From Rickettsia sp. (GTDB lineage Bacteria; Pseudomonadota; Alphaproteobacteria; Rickettsiales; UBA1997): DNA of 64,000 bases. A program made the translations under genes and the position numbers. Below, piece after piece: positions 1-9,050 of this stretch. Positions within the stretch are counted from its first letter, which is position 1; the number at the start of each line of letters is the position of its first letter. The stretch spans positions 11,904-75,903 of the forward strand of contig JAYPPA010000005.1 of NCBI GenBank assembly GCA_038131245.1, given 5' to 3'. The notes under the pieces were generated by a model, which was not told where the DNA came from, did no database searches, and saw nothing but the letters and a program-made list of their open reading frames with translations.

Positions 1-304
1 AAACAACAACATCTAGTCTTGATTCTAGTAGGCCAATAAAGTTTTCACTTACATCACCTTTGATTTTACTAGCATTTTTAAAGATATTTCTAAACTGTTT
101 TTCAGAAATGTTACCGTAGTAAAATTTCATTTTTTGTTTAGCTTTAAGCTGATTGCCATAGTCAGAAGTACGGCCTCTTGCCATATTTTTACCGTGCTGA
201 CCTGGCTTGTAATTTCTTTTAAGGAAGGTGTCGTTGGCTTTACCCCAAAGACTAACACCAAATTTTCTGCTAAGTTTTTTCTTAGCTTGTATTCTTTTAG
301 ACAT
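1..304 (-). CDS. rpsD: 30S ribosomal protein S4, N-terminal ~101 codons (3' end lies beyond the window start)
   Basis: Not in the ORF track because it runs off the window. Hand translation of the minus strand from ATG at 304-302 gives [116 protein letters not shown] and LE.RLD are S4 hallmarks. The listed + ORF 134..322 is its antisense shadow. Confidence 0.9.
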   Translation of the reverse strand, partial: MSKRIQAKKKLSRKFGVSLWGKANDTFLKRNYKPGQHGKNMARGRTSDYGNQLKAKQKMKFYYGNISEKQFRNIFKNASKIKGDVSENFIGLLESRLDVVV

Positions 305-346
305 GTTTTTTATATATTATAGTTAATCCAATTAAAAACTATTATA

Positions 347-463
347 AATTAAAATTTTCTTCGATATTTGTCTGTTTTTGATTTTTGCGGTGCGCATGTA
401 TGTAAAATACACTTGCACTCCTCAAAATCAAAGAACGAAGAAATCTCTTTGGAAATTTTAATT
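347..463 (-). promoter_or_regulatory. Long imperfect hairpin in the rpsD upstream/leader region (candidate regulatory RNA structure)
   Basis: An 11-bp perfect inverted repeat AATTAAAATTT (347-357) / AAATTTTAATT (453-463) anchors the structure. It is extended by TCTTCG (358-363)/CGAAGA (436-441), TTTGATTTT (377-385)/AAAATCAAA (424-432), GTGC (390-393)/GCAC (415-418) and TGTA (397-400)/TACA (408-411). It lies 43 nt upstream of the rpsD ATG. Confidence 0.35.
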
Positions 464-554
464 TCTAACTTAGTTTTTATCCACGAGATTTGACCTATTC
501 AGCCTCATTTGCCCGTAAATTTTTTCATTTTTGGCCAAATATTCACCAAAGACG

Positions 555-577
555 AAAAGGCCCATAACTATTATGGG
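555..577 (-). terminator. Weak intrinsic-terminator-like hairpin downstream of the chorismate mutase-family gene
   Basis: The 7-bp stem CCCATAA (561-567)/TTATGGG (571-577) has a 3-nt loop. On the minus strand it is followed by CCTTTTCGTCTTT. It lies 26-42 nt after the stop at 603. Confidence 0.35.
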
Positions 578-602
578 TAAGTATATTATAACATATATAG
601 AT

Positions 603-1466
603 TTAAATGTCAAGAGATTTCGGATAAATCCCCAAAATCCTAATGTAAGGCTTTGACTTAGATGACTTAAAATCTAGCAATTTTTGGTCTTGCTCTTCTA
701 AAAACTCACCAATTTCAACCAAATAGAAGCGTTTTTCATGAATTTTATCGGATTTTGCTGATTTTAGGATCTTAAAATGCTCAAAATTAGCAGAAATGTC
801 GCTTTCTAGTTGACTTTGAGAGACTTCATCAAGAATTTCTATACAAAGCAAGCTATTGTCATCACAGGATTTTTCTGTTTCTTTGATAGCAAGAGCCACT
901 AAATCATAAGATGCAGAGTCTTCGATCATCGGAATTTTAGCAAAAACCTTGATTCCAGAGGTATTGTTGGCTAAATTAATCCACCAATCATGAAAAATAT
1001 GGTCATTTTTACTCTTTGGTAAAGCAAATATAGCGATTTGCGACTTATTTGACTCAAGATCCATTACCACCCCAGAAACAGTATCATGATTAGTAACTTT
1101 AATTGCATCATTATAATATTGTCTTAAAATATGACGAAAATCTGCAATTTTGCCTGGATTGTGCAAAGCTATATTCATAGGCTGTTCAGAGCAATTTGCA
1201 AAAGCAATGATTTTGCGCCAAATATCCACTATTAGCGAAGTAGGAAGTTTTCCTGCTGATTTTTTGATTAGAGACTTGATCATATCAGCTTCTCGGGCTG
1301 ATTTTATGTAAAATTGGTCATTATTTGACTCTTTTAAGTCTTTTACATTTTCAACTATTTGAAATCTTTCTTGTAAAAGATCCAATATTTGATTATCAAT
1401 TTTATCGATATCAACCCTTAATTTGGATAATTTATCGTTAAATGTTTTATTTTCTTGATTTTGCAT
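603..1466 (-). CDS. Chorismate mutase family protein (N-terminal CM type II domain, prephenate-dehydratase-like C-terminal region)
   Basis: The N-terminus LSKLRVDIDKIDNQILDLLQERFQIVENVKDLK...IKSAREADMIKSL fits the AroQ-type chorismate mutase helix pattern. The remaining ~200 aa loosely resemble a PDT/periplasmic-binding fold. ATG start verified at 1466-1464. Confidence 0.6.
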   Translation of the reverse strand: MQNQENKTFNDKLSKLRVDIDKIDNQILDLLQERFQIVENVKDLKESNNDQFYIKSAREADMIKSLIKKSAGKLPTSLIVDIWRKIIAFANCSEQPMNIALHNPGKIADFRHILRQYYNDAIKVTNHDTVSGVVMDLESNKSQIAIFALPKSKNDHIFHDWWINLANNTSGIKVFAKIPMIEDSASYDLVALAIKETEKSCDDNSLLCIEILDEVSQSQLESDISANFEHFKILKSAKSDKIHEKRFYLVEIGEFLEEQDQKLLDFKSSKSKPYIRILGIYPKSLDI

Positions 1467-1530
1467 ATCTAAACAGTTATAATTTTAATATAAGATAATT
1501 AATAATTTTATAAGTCTAATATAATATAAG

Positions 1531-2676
1531 ATGAAAGTTAAGTCAAGTTTTGGAGAAAATTATACTGAATACGAGGTTGGAGAGGTATTGTTGCTTGCTA
1601 AAGATAAGCCTATGAAGCTTAAAAGTGGAGTGGAAATATCAAATTTTCCGATTGCTTATCAAACTTATGGCAAATTAAGTAACAATAAAAATAATGCGAT
1701 TTTGATTTGTCATGCTTTGACTGGAGATCAATATGTGGCCTCCACTAATCCTGTAACTGGTAAGCCTGGCTGGTGGGATTATATGGTTGGGCCAGGAAAG
1801 ACAATTGATACGGATAAATATTTTGTGATTTGTCCAAATGTTATTGGTGGTTGTATGGGATCTTTTGGGCCTAAAGAGGTTAATCCTAAGACTGGTAAGG
1901 CTTATGGGGTTGATTTTCCGTTTTTGACAATTGAGGATATGGTGAATTCACAGAAGCTGTTAATTGAGGAGTTTGGCATTAGAAGGTTACACGCTGTTAT
2001 TGGTGGATCTTTTGGAGGAGCCATGGCGCTTTCTTGGTCGGTAATTCATCCGCGAATGGTTAATAAGGTAATCCCGATTTCTACTTCTTATAGACATTCT
2101 CCGCAAAATATTGCGTTTCATGAAGTGGGAAGACAGGCGATTATGGCTGATTCTGATTGGTGTAATGGTGATTATATTGCGCAGAAAAAACATCCAAGTA
2201 AGGGGCTGGCTGTTGCTAGGATGACGGCTCATATTACTTATTTGTCGGAAACTTCTTTGCATAAAAAATTTGGTAGAAATTTACAGGATAAGGATTATTA
2301 TTCCTTTAATTTCAAGCCGGATTTTCAGGTCGAAAGTTACTTGCACCATCAAGGGTATAGCTTTGTTGAGAGGTTTGACGCTAATTCGTACTTATATATT
2401 ACCAAGGCTTTGGATTATTTTGATTTAGAGACTGATTTTAATGGTAATTTGGCTTCAGCCTTCATTGGAACTGCGGCTTATAAACCTAAATTTTGTGTAA
2501 TTTCTTTTTCTGATGATTGGTTATTTCCGCCAGCAGAAGCAAAAAAACTTATAAAAGCATTGATTTCTAGCGGCCTTGATGTTAGTTCAATTAGTATAGA
2601 AAGTTCTTCTGGTCATGATTCTTTTTTAATAGAAAATGATTATTTGAAAAATGCAATTAAAGGTTTTTTGGGCTAA
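1531..2676 (+). CDS. metX: Homoserine O-acyltransferase (MetX family, alpha/beta hydrolase)
   Basis: 381 aa. NAILICHALTGD, GGSFGGAMAL (nucleophile elbow GxSxG) and SDWLFP...GHDSFL are typical of MetX. It is followed by metW. Confidence 0.9.
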   Translation: MKVKSSFGENYTEYEVGEVLLLAKDKPMKLKSGVEISNFPIAYQTYGKLSNNKNNAILICHALTGDQYVASTNPVTGKPGWWDYMVGPGKTIDTDKYFVICPNVIGGCMGSFGPKEVNPKTGKAYGVDFPFLTIEDMVNSQKLLIEEFGIRRLHAVIGGSFGGAMALSWSVIHPRMVNKVIPISTSYRHSPQNIAFHEVGRQAIMADSDWCNGDYIAQKKHPSKGLAVARMTAHITYLSETSLHKKFGRNLQDKDYYSFNFKPDFQVESYLHHQGYSFVERFDANSYLYITKALDYFDLETDFNGNLASAFIGTAAYKPKFCVISFSDDWLFPPAEAKKLIKALISSGLDVSSISIESSSGHDSFLIENDYLKNAIKGFLG

Positions 2677-2692
2677 AAAATTGAAATAAATT

Positions 2693-3391
2693 ATGAAAAA
2701 TAATTCTCAAAAAGATAGTCAGTTAAGATACGATCTGGAGCTTATTGTGGATCTTGTGAAAAAGGATTCGAAGGTTCTTGATATTGGTTGTGGTGATGGA
2801 GAGCTGCTGGAGCTTTTAGTAAAAAAGAAGAAATGTGATGCTCGAGGAATTGAAATATCACCACATTTAGTTAGTAGAGCTTTAATTAAGGGTTTATCGG
2901 TGATTCAAGGTGATGCTGAGGAGGATATTCAAAATTATCCAGATAATAGCTTTGATTATGCAATTTTAAGTCACACTATCCAAGCAACAAAAAGACCGGA
3001 TTTGGTTATCGAAGAGATGCTGCGTATTGCTGATAAGGTGATTGTGTCGCTGCCGAATTTTGCTCATTTTAGAAATAGATTTCATTTATTTTTCAAAGGT
3101 GTTATGCCTGTAAACGAGTCTATACCTTATCAATGGTATGAGACTCCAAATATTCACTTTTGTTCGATTGATGATTTTAAAAATTTATGCAATGATATGA
3201 ATATAAAAATTATTCAGGAGAAATATCTTTTTGGTAAATGTTTGATAAATAATCACTTGTTGGTTAATTTAATTGCCGATTATGGAATATTTTTAATTGA
3301 AAGTGATGATCGCGCAGCTTTGACTAATCCGGCTATTGTGGATGATAGAAAGAAAGCTGGTCAGGGTAGCGCTAATTTTCAACCAATATAA
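2693..3391 (+). CDS. metW: Methionine biosynthesis protein MetW (SAM-methyltransferase fold)
   Basis: VLDIGCGDGELLELL (motif I) and FDYAILSHTIQATKRPDLVIEEMLRIA match MetW. It lies immediately downstream of metX. Confidence 0.85.
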   Translation: MKNNSQKDSQLRYDLELIVDLVKKDSKVLDIGCGDGELLELLVKKKKCDARGIEISPHLVSRALIKGLSVIQGDAEEDIQNYPDNSFDYAILSHTIQATKRPDLVIEEMLRIADKVIVSLPNFAHFRNRFHLFFKGVMPVNESIPYQWYETPNIHFCSIDDFKNLCNDMNIKIIQEKYLFGKCLINNHLLVNLIADYGIFLIESDDRAALTNPAIVDDRKKAGQGSANFQPI

Positions 3392-3398
3392 TTTAACG

Positions 3399-4184
3399 AT
3401 GAGAGTATTTCTAGTAGCTATTTTTTTGTGTTGTGGGTTGAGTGGCACTTCTTTTGCTAACCATCATAAAATGAATTACAATTCTGATTTAAAGGCAAAA
3501 GACAAAAATGGCAAAAGGTATTATAAGAAAAAAAAGTGGAGTGGAACTGGTGGGGCTATTGATAATTTTGCGCAAAAAACTATCGTTCGAGAAAAAAATA
3601 AAAATATAAAAAGTCCAATACATGCTATGAATGTTGGACCTTCAAATAGAGCTAGAAAAGATAAAGATTCTTCAATTAAAGAGCCAATTCAAAACAGAAA
3701 ATATAGCAATGTAGATGGCGAGGTTGTTGAAGGTATTTATGATGATATGGATGTAATTATGAGAAATGGTCGCTATGTTGGTTATTATAAGGTTGGAGAT
3801 CCTTATAAAATTGATGATTTATATTATTATCCGCAAGAATATGAAAATTATGAGGAAATTGGCGTGGCTTCTTGGTATGGAGAGGATTTTGACGGAAAAT
3901 TGACCGCAAATGGCGAAATATATGATCTAAGCATGATGACAGCGGCTCATCGCACCCTTCCTATGCCGTCAATTGTAAAGGTTACAAATTTGGCAAATCA
4001 GAAGTCAGTTTTGGTCAGAGTCAACGATCGCGGCCCTTTTGCTAAGAATCGGATCATTGATTTATCAAAAAAAGCTTCTGAAGTACTTGATTATAGAGAT
4101 AAAGGTACTATAATGGTAAAGGTGGAGCTTGATAATGAGAAAACGGCTGAGCTTCGCGAGAAACTTAAATTAAATATAAAATGA
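3399..4184 (+). CDS. rlpA: RlpA-family septal ring lytic transglycosylase-like lipoprotein (DPBB domain)
   Basis: Start moved to the internal ATG at 3399 (MRVFLVAIFLCCGLSGTSFA signal/lipobox region). The DPBB core is ASWYGEDFDGKLTANGEIYDLSMMTAAHRTLPMPSIVKVTNLANQKSVLVRVNDRGPF. Its stop overlaps the metZ ATG (ATGA). Confidence 0.8.
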   Translation: MRVFLVAIFLCCGLSGTSFANHHKMNYNSDLKAKDKNGKRYYKKKKWSGTGGAIDNFAQKTIVREKNKNIKSPIHAMNVGPSNRARKDKDSSIKEPIQNRKYSNVDGEVVEGIYDDMDVIMRNGRYVGYYKVGDPYKIDDLYYYPQEYENYEEIGVASWYGEDFDGKLTANGEIYDLSMMTAAHRTLPMPSIVKVTNLANQKSVLVRVNDRGPFAKNRIIDLSKKASEVLDYRDKGTIMVKVELDNEKTAELREKLKLNIK

Positions 4185-5377
4185 GTTACAAAAATAAAAA
4201 ATACAGCGCGGATTTAAATTACGAAACCAAATTGGTTAGAGCTGGCACGCTTAGATCGAACTTTGGCGAGACTTCTGAGGCGATTTACATGAACTCAGGA
4301 TTTTGCTATAATGATGCCCAAACTGCTGAAAAGAGGTTCAACGGCGATGAGCCTGGGTTTGTTTACTCTAGATATGTAAATCCGACTTTACAGATGCTTG
4401 AAGATAAGCTAACAGCGATAGAGCCGGGCGCGCAGGCTGCGTGTGTGACTGCGTCTGGGATGGCTGCGGTTTTTGCTTCGATTATGTGTCAGATTAAGGC
4501 TGGCGATCATTTTATTGCCTCAAGAGTGCTTTTTGGCTCTTGTTTTCATATTGCAACGAAAATTTTGCCAAATTATGGCGTCGAAGTAACTTTAGTCGAT
4601 GGAACCAACGAAGAAGAGTGGCGAGGCGCTTTCAAAGAGAACACCAAACTTGTGTTTATTGAAACTCCGGCTAATCCAAATTTAGAGATTGTGGATATTG
4701 AGTTTGTGGCCAATTTATGTAAGCAAAATGGTGCGCAGTTGATTGTTGATAATATTTTTGCTTCGCCTTACTGCCAGAGTCCATTTGAGCTTGGGGCGGA
4801 TATTGTGGTTTATTCTTCGACAAAGCATATGGACGGACAGGGAAGGTCGCTTGGCGGCGCTGTTTTGGGAACTGAAGAATTCATCAAAGAAACTTTACTT
4901 CCTTTTCATCGTCACACTGGACCGGCTTTGTCGCCATTTAATGCTTGGATTGTGTATAAATCACTTGAGACTTTTTCACTTAGAATGGAAAGACATTGTG
5001 ATAATGCGCTGAAAGTTGCTCAATTTTTGGAAAGCCATCCAAAGGTTTCTAGAGTGCTTTATCCTGCTTTAGAGTCTCATCCACAATATGAAATTGCTAA
5101 GAGACAGATGAAAAAGGGCGGGGCGATGCTTGCTTTTGAGATTAATGGCTCAAAACAGGACACTTTTGCCTTCATGAATAAGCTGCAATTAGTGGATATT
5201 TCAAATAATTTGGGCGATGCGAAGTCGCTTATCACTCATCCAAGTACCACGACTCATTCTAATTTGGAAGAGGAAGATCGCCTTGAGATTGGTATCACCC
5301 AATCAATGTGTCGACTTTCAGTTGGTATTGAAAATGTTGATGATCTAATTGCTGATTTTAAGCGGGCACTGAGCTAG
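4181..5377 (+). CDS. metZ: O-succinyl/O-acetylhomoserine sulfhydrylase (Cys/Met-metabolism PLP enzyme)
   Basis: 398 aa. YSRYVNPT, SGMAA and the PLP-lysine context VVYSSTKHMDGQGRSLGG are present, with ITHPSTTTH near the C-terminus. This is the MetZ/MetY family. Confidence 0.85.
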   Translation: MSYKNKKYSADLNYETKLVRAGTLRSNFGETSEAIYMNSGFCYNDAQTAEKRFNGDEPGFVYSRYVNPTLQMLEDKLTAIEPGAQAACVTASGMAAVFASIMCQIKAGDHFIASRVLFGSCFHIATKILPNYGVEVTLVDGTNEEEWRGAFKENTKLVFIETPANPNLEIVDIEFVANLCKQNGAQLIVDNIFASPYCQSPFELGADIVVYSSTKHMDGQGRSLGGAVLGTEEFIKETLLPFHRHTGPALSPFNAWIVYKSLETFSLRMERHCDNALKVAQFLESHPKVSRVLYPALESHPQYEIAKRQMKKGGAMLAFEINGSKQDTFAFMNKLQLVDISNNLGDAKSLITHPSTTTHSNLEEEDRLEIGITQSMCRLSVGIENVDDLIADFKRALS

Positions 5378-5388
5378 AAACTATTTTT

Positions 5389-5408
5389 CAGTGTACCATG
5401 GTACACTG
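5389..5408 (+). terminator. 20-bp perfect palindrome downstream of metZ (possible terminator or protein-binding site)
   Basis: CAGTGTACCATGGTACACTG is its own reverse complement. It begins 12 nt after the metZ stop, and the nearest T-run (ATTTAGCATTTTTT) is not immediately adjacent. Confidence 0.35.
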
Positions 5409-5454
5409 ATTTAGCATTTTTTAGCAAACATTTTACGATTTTTTCACTTTTTCC

Positions 5455-5483
5455 TTGCATTAATTCCTAAAATGTGGTATAAT
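5455..5483 (+). promoter_or_regulatory. Sigma70-like promoter upstream of yajQ
   Basis: TTGCAT, a 17-nt spacer, then TATAAT with an extended -10 (TGGTATAAT). The -10 ends 33 nt before the ATG at 5516. Confidence 0.45.
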
Positions 5484-5515
5484 AGCAATAGATATTAAAA
5501 AATGATTAATATATT

Positions 5516-6007
5516 ATGCCAAGTTTTGATGTTGTTTCAAAAATAGATCTACAAGAGGTTGATAATGCTGTAAATTCAGTGAATCGAGAGCTTTCAAACC
5601 GCTATGACTTCAAAGGAGCTAAATTTACGATTGAAATCGACCAAAAAGAGAAAAAAATCAATATAAACGCCCCAGATGAGTATAAATTAGGGCAAATTAG
5701 TGACTCTCTTAAGGTTTATTGTGTAAAAAGAGGTATTGATGTTAAGGCACTTGATTTTGGCAAAGAAGAGTCCGCAGCCAATAATAGTTATCGCCAGACA
5801 GTTAAATTAAAAGACGGAATTGAGCAAGAATTGGCAAAAAGGATTACCAAGGATATAAAATCGAAGAAAATGAAGGTCCAGGCTTCGATTCGCGGCGATG
5901 AGTTAAGAGTTGAAGGCAAAAAAAGAGATGATTTGCAAGAGGTTATGAATTTTTTAAAGTCGGAAAACTACGAGGCAGCTTTGCAATTTATTAATTTTAG
6001 GGATTGA
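5516..6007 (+). CDS. yajQ: YajQ family (UPF0234) nucleotide / cyclic-di-GMP-binding protein
   Basis: 163 aa. MPSFDVVSKIDLQEVDNAVNSVNRELSNRYDFKG is the characteristic YajQ N-terminus. Confidence 0.85.
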   Translation: MPSFDVVSKIDLQEVDNAVNSVNRELSNRYDFKGAKFTIEIDQKEKKININAPDEYKLGQISDSLKVYCVKRGIDVKALDFGKEESAANNSYRQTVKLKDGIEQELAKRITKDIKSKKMKVQASIRGDELRVEGKKRDDLQEVMNFLKSENYEAALQFINFRD

Positions 6008-6009
6008 TT

Positions 6010-6552
6010 ATGTTTACTTTACTAAAAAATCTTTTCAAGAATGCATTTAAGTTCGCGTTTACCTTTTCTTTAGCACTTGCTGTAACTGCGATTGTAGGAA
6101 CTGTGGGGGTGTTTACTTATGTATATGCAAGATCCCAGGACGTTTTGGTAAAAACTGTTACTGGTAAAACAAGTGCGGTTGGCGATCAGTCTGCAAATGC
6201 GATAGCCAATGCTATTCTTGGGGTTGTTTCTAAAACTTGGGCTTATAATTTTTCGATTGCGACTGATCTTGGAAAGGATATTGGTGACATTGCCAGCGCA
6301 GCAAGCTCTGCTCTTGGCATTAAGGGTGTTCCCAATGGAAAGGCTGTTGTTCCTGCCGATCCTAATATAAAATCGAAGCTGGGAAATGTTTTGAGAGATT
6401 ATGATAAAGCAAAAAAAGTCAGTAGTCCTGCACTAAAAATCCATCCAACCGATGTCTTAGATATAGAACCTGGAAGCTCTCCTAACCCAACTTCGTCTAA
6501 ACCAGTTGTAAGTGCCGGTAGGGCTTCTTCGCCAAGAAGTACAACTTCTTAG
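6010..6552 (+). CDS. Hypothetical membrane-anchored protein with Ser/Pro-rich C-terminus
   Basis: The track ORF starts at TTG 6004, and the ATG at 6010 gives MFTLLKNLFKNAFKF plus one TM helix (LALAVTAIVGTVGVFTYVY). I recognised no family. Its 3' end overlaps the thiS stop by 4 nt (convergent). Confidence 0.45.
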   Translation: MFTLLKNLFKNAFKFAFTFSLALAVTAIVGTVGVFTYVYARSQDVLVKTVTGKTSAVGDQSANAIANAILGVVSKTWAYNFSIATDLGKDIGDIASAASSALGIKGVPNGKAVVPADPNIKSKLGNVLRDYDKAKKVSSPALKIHPTDVLDIEPGSSPNPTSSKPVVSAGRASSPRSTTS

Positions 6553-6758
6553 CCTCCGCCTATGAAATGAACTATTTCGATTTTGTCTCCTTCGTTGATT
6601 TGGCTTAGCTCAAATCGCCCAGCGTCAACAATTTCCAAATTTTTTTCTACGGCGACTTTTGCAATATCAAGATCTAAATTTTTAATAAGATCGGATATTT
6701 TGGAATCTTTTTCTATGGAAAAATTCTCCCCATTTACTAAAATGTTAATTTTACTCAT
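6549..6758 (-). CDS. thiS: ThiS/MoaD-family sulfur-carrier protein
   Basis: Start trimmed to the ATG at 6758-6756, giving MSKINILVNGENFSIEKDSKISDLI...GDKIEIVHFIGGG. That is 69 aa ending in the diagnostic C-terminal GG. The longer track ORF adds a hydrophobic, AT-rich extension. Confidence 0.75.
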   Translation of the reverse strand: MSKINILVNGENFSIEKDSKISDLIKNLDLDIAKVAVEKNLEIVDAGRFELSQINEGDKIEIVHFIGGG

Positions 6759-6828
6759 TTTATAGTTGTATTTCAATCCATAAACAATTATTATTATATA
6801 GATAAGAGAAAATAAAATCAATAAAATT

Positions 6829-7911
6829 ATGAAGATTCATAATAAATATTTATTCGACAATACGGCCAAGCTGTTTTTTATCGTACTTACTGTGCTGATA
6901 TCGATAGTTTGGTTTAGTAAAACTATTTCTTTCGTAAGGTACATTACGGACAATGGAATCGAGACCTCGCAGTTTTTTTACTTGTTTATTTTGATATTGC
7001 CAGCGATTTTGGTTTATATGATTCCGGTTTCGCTATTTATTGCAACTGCGTTTACGCTGAATAAAATGTTGGTAAATAATGAGATATCGGTGCTCAGAAG
7101 CTCTGGTTTATCGGACATGAAGATTTCTGTTCCAATTATTAAGATTTCGCTATATATGGCTTTTTTCTGCCTTATAATTACAACAATTTTAATGCCTTAT
7201 AGCAATAAGAAGCTTAGCGTTACACAGCAAAACCTCAAGAATAATTATACTAATATTGCTTTTACTGAAGGTGTTTTTGAAAATATGAAGGATATTACTA
7301 TTTTTGTGTCCGAGAAGAAGGAGGATGCTACTTTGGTTGGTATTATGCTCAATGATAATAGGAATAAAGATGTTTCTTTGACTATTACTGCTCAAGAAGG
7401 AAGGCTTGGGATAAAGAATGATAAGTTGTTTTTATATATGACAGAAGGAACCGTTCAAAGATTTATTAATTCGTCGATGCAAACTGATGTCTTGGAGTTT
7501 GATAGCTATGTTTTTAATTTAACTGAAGAGGAAAAAGTCGAAGAGCGCAAAGCTTGGAAGGCCAGGGAAAGGTACATTCATGAATTAATAAACCCAACAG
7601 ATACCTATACCAAAGATCAAGAAAGGGAGTATATTGCGCAGGTGCATAAAAGAATTATTACCTCTTTATTTGGTATTACGATGGTGGTTATTTGCTTAAT
7701 GTTTATGCTTAAAAAAGATTTTAGCAGAAGAGGTAATTTATATTCTATTATATATACCGTGGTTGCTTCGACGATATTTTTAGGTATTGCAATATCGCTT
7801 TTTAGGATATCTGAGGTTAATTTGGATTTTATATATCTAAATTATTTTAATTTTATTGTTTTTACTTTTATTCCTTTATATATACTTAGAAAAGGGAGGA
7901 TCGGAAGATGA
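6829..7911 (+). CDS. lptF: LPS export ABC transporter permease LptF
   Basis: A 360-aa YjgP/YjgQ-type permease with 3+3 TM helices flanking a periplasmic domain. It has an ATGA overlap with the following paralogue. Confidence 0.8.
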   Translation: MKIHNKYLFDNTAKLFFIVLTVLISIVWFSKTISFVRYITDNGIETSQFFYLFILILPAILVYMIPVSLFIATAFTLNKMLVNNEISVLRSSGLSDMKISVPIIKISLYMAFFCLIITTILMPYSNKKLSVTQQNLKNNYTNIAFTEGVFENMKDITIFVSEKKEDATLVGIMLNDNRNKDVSLTITAQEGRLGIKNDKLFLYMTEGTVQRFINSSMQTDVLEFDSYVFNLTEEEKVEERKAWKARERYIHELINPTDTYTKDQEREYIAQVHKRIITSLFGITMVVICLMFMLKKDFSRRGNLYSIIYTVVASTIFLGIAISLFRISEVNLDFIYLNYFNFIVFTFIPLYILRKGRIGR

Positions 7912-9050
7912 TGAAAAATATTATTAGACTATTATTACATTTGAGCTTTTACCTAAAGGTAAACCGTTATTTGTGCAAATGTTTTTTGATAAATTTTATA
8001 AAAATATTTGCAGCGTTTTTTATCGTGATATTTTTCTTGAATTTCGTTGATAGTATTGATACTTCTTCGGTTGAGGTGCCACTGCTTACTTCGATGAGTA
8101 TTGCGGCTTTGAAAGTTCCTGACTTTTTGAATTCTATTTCGCCTTCATTGGTGTTATTTGCGTCTTTGGCAACATTTTTTAATCTTTCAAATCGAAGCGA
8201 AATAACCATAATTAGATGCTCTGGCTATTCAATGTGGCATATTATGGCACCTTTAGTTGTGGTTACTTTTTTGATAGGTGTTTTTTGGGTTACTGCCTAT
8301 AATAATTTGAGTATTTATTCTTATAGATTGTCGACAAAAATGGAATCTCAGATATATAGTAATAATGCTAGAGAGGTTATTAGGCCTAAGTCTGGAATTT
8401 GGATTAAGCAAAATAATCCTGAATTTGATAACGGCTATATTATTGTTAAATCAAAGATGCTTTATAAGGACAATATTGAAATGATTTCAAATTCTTTGTG
8501 GTTTTTCAACAATGAATATAAATTTTATAAAAAAATTGATTCTAATCAGATGTTTTTAAGGAATGGTTACTGGGAAATTCCATCGGCTATTGTAAATGGT
8601 AAAGAGGCTCTTAATTCTCAAGTTAATGCTTTGACTGTTAAAAGTAATTTAAATTATGATATTTTTTCAGAAAAGTTTTTAAATAACCTTGAAGACCCAA
8701 GGCTTTTTTCTATTTTTTCTATACCTCAAGTAATTAAAGATTTAAAAGAGCTTGGACTTAATTCAACAAAGTTTGAGGTGCAACTTAATTACTTAATATC
8801 TTTGCCAATTTTATTTTCAATTATGGTTTTAATATCTTCATTTTTTGGTATTAATAGCTTTCGCGACAAACGCTCAGCAATGAAGCTTGTTTTTGGTTTG
8901 GCGGTGGGGCTTGCGATTTATATTATGATTAATCTTATTAAGGCCCTGGGGGCTTCAAAAATAATACCAGTCTTTGTTTCAACTTGGTTGGTAGTGTCCA
9001 TCTGTTTTGCTATTTCGATAATTGTATTATATAAAAAAGAAGAGCAATGA
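7908..9050 (+). CDS. lptG: LPS export ABC transporter permease LptG
   Basis: A 380-aa YjgP/YjgQ family paralogue directly coupled to lptF. Confidence 0.8.
   Translation: MMKNIIRLLLHLSFYLKVNRYLCKCFLINFIKIFAAFFIVIFFLNFVDSIDTSSVEVPLLTSMSIAALKVPDFLNSISPSLVLFASLATFFNLSNRSEITIIRCSGYSMWHIMAPLVVVTFLIGVFWVTAYNNLSIYSYRLSTKMESQIYSNNAREVIRPKSGIWIKQNNPEFDNGYIIVKSKMLYKDNIEMISNSLWFFNNEYKFYKKIDSNQMFLRNGYWEIPSAIVNGKEALNSQVNALTVKSNLNYDIFSEKFLNNLEDPRLFSIFSIPQVIKDLKELGLNSTKFEVQLNYLISLPILFSIMVLISSFFGINSFRDKRSAMKLVFGLAVGLAIYIMINLIKALGASKIIPVFVSTWLVVSICFAISIIVLYKKEEQ

Noticed and set aside
134-322. Track ORF of 62 aa on the + strand
   Set aside because: It lies entirely antisense to a clear rpsD coding sequence (S4 N-terminus translated by hand), so it is a shadow ORF.
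1467-1530. Possible SAM riboswitch (SAM-II/SAM-V type) upstream of metX
   Set aside because: Only 64 nt of almost pure A/T separate the divergent genes. There are no GC-paired helices or conserved core that could form such a pseudoknot.
6759-6821. 21-codon N-terminal extension of thiS (MILFSLIYIIIIVYGLKYNYK)
   Set aside because: ThiS proteins are ~66-70 aa. The extension is hydrophobic AT-rich read-through of the divergent promoter region.
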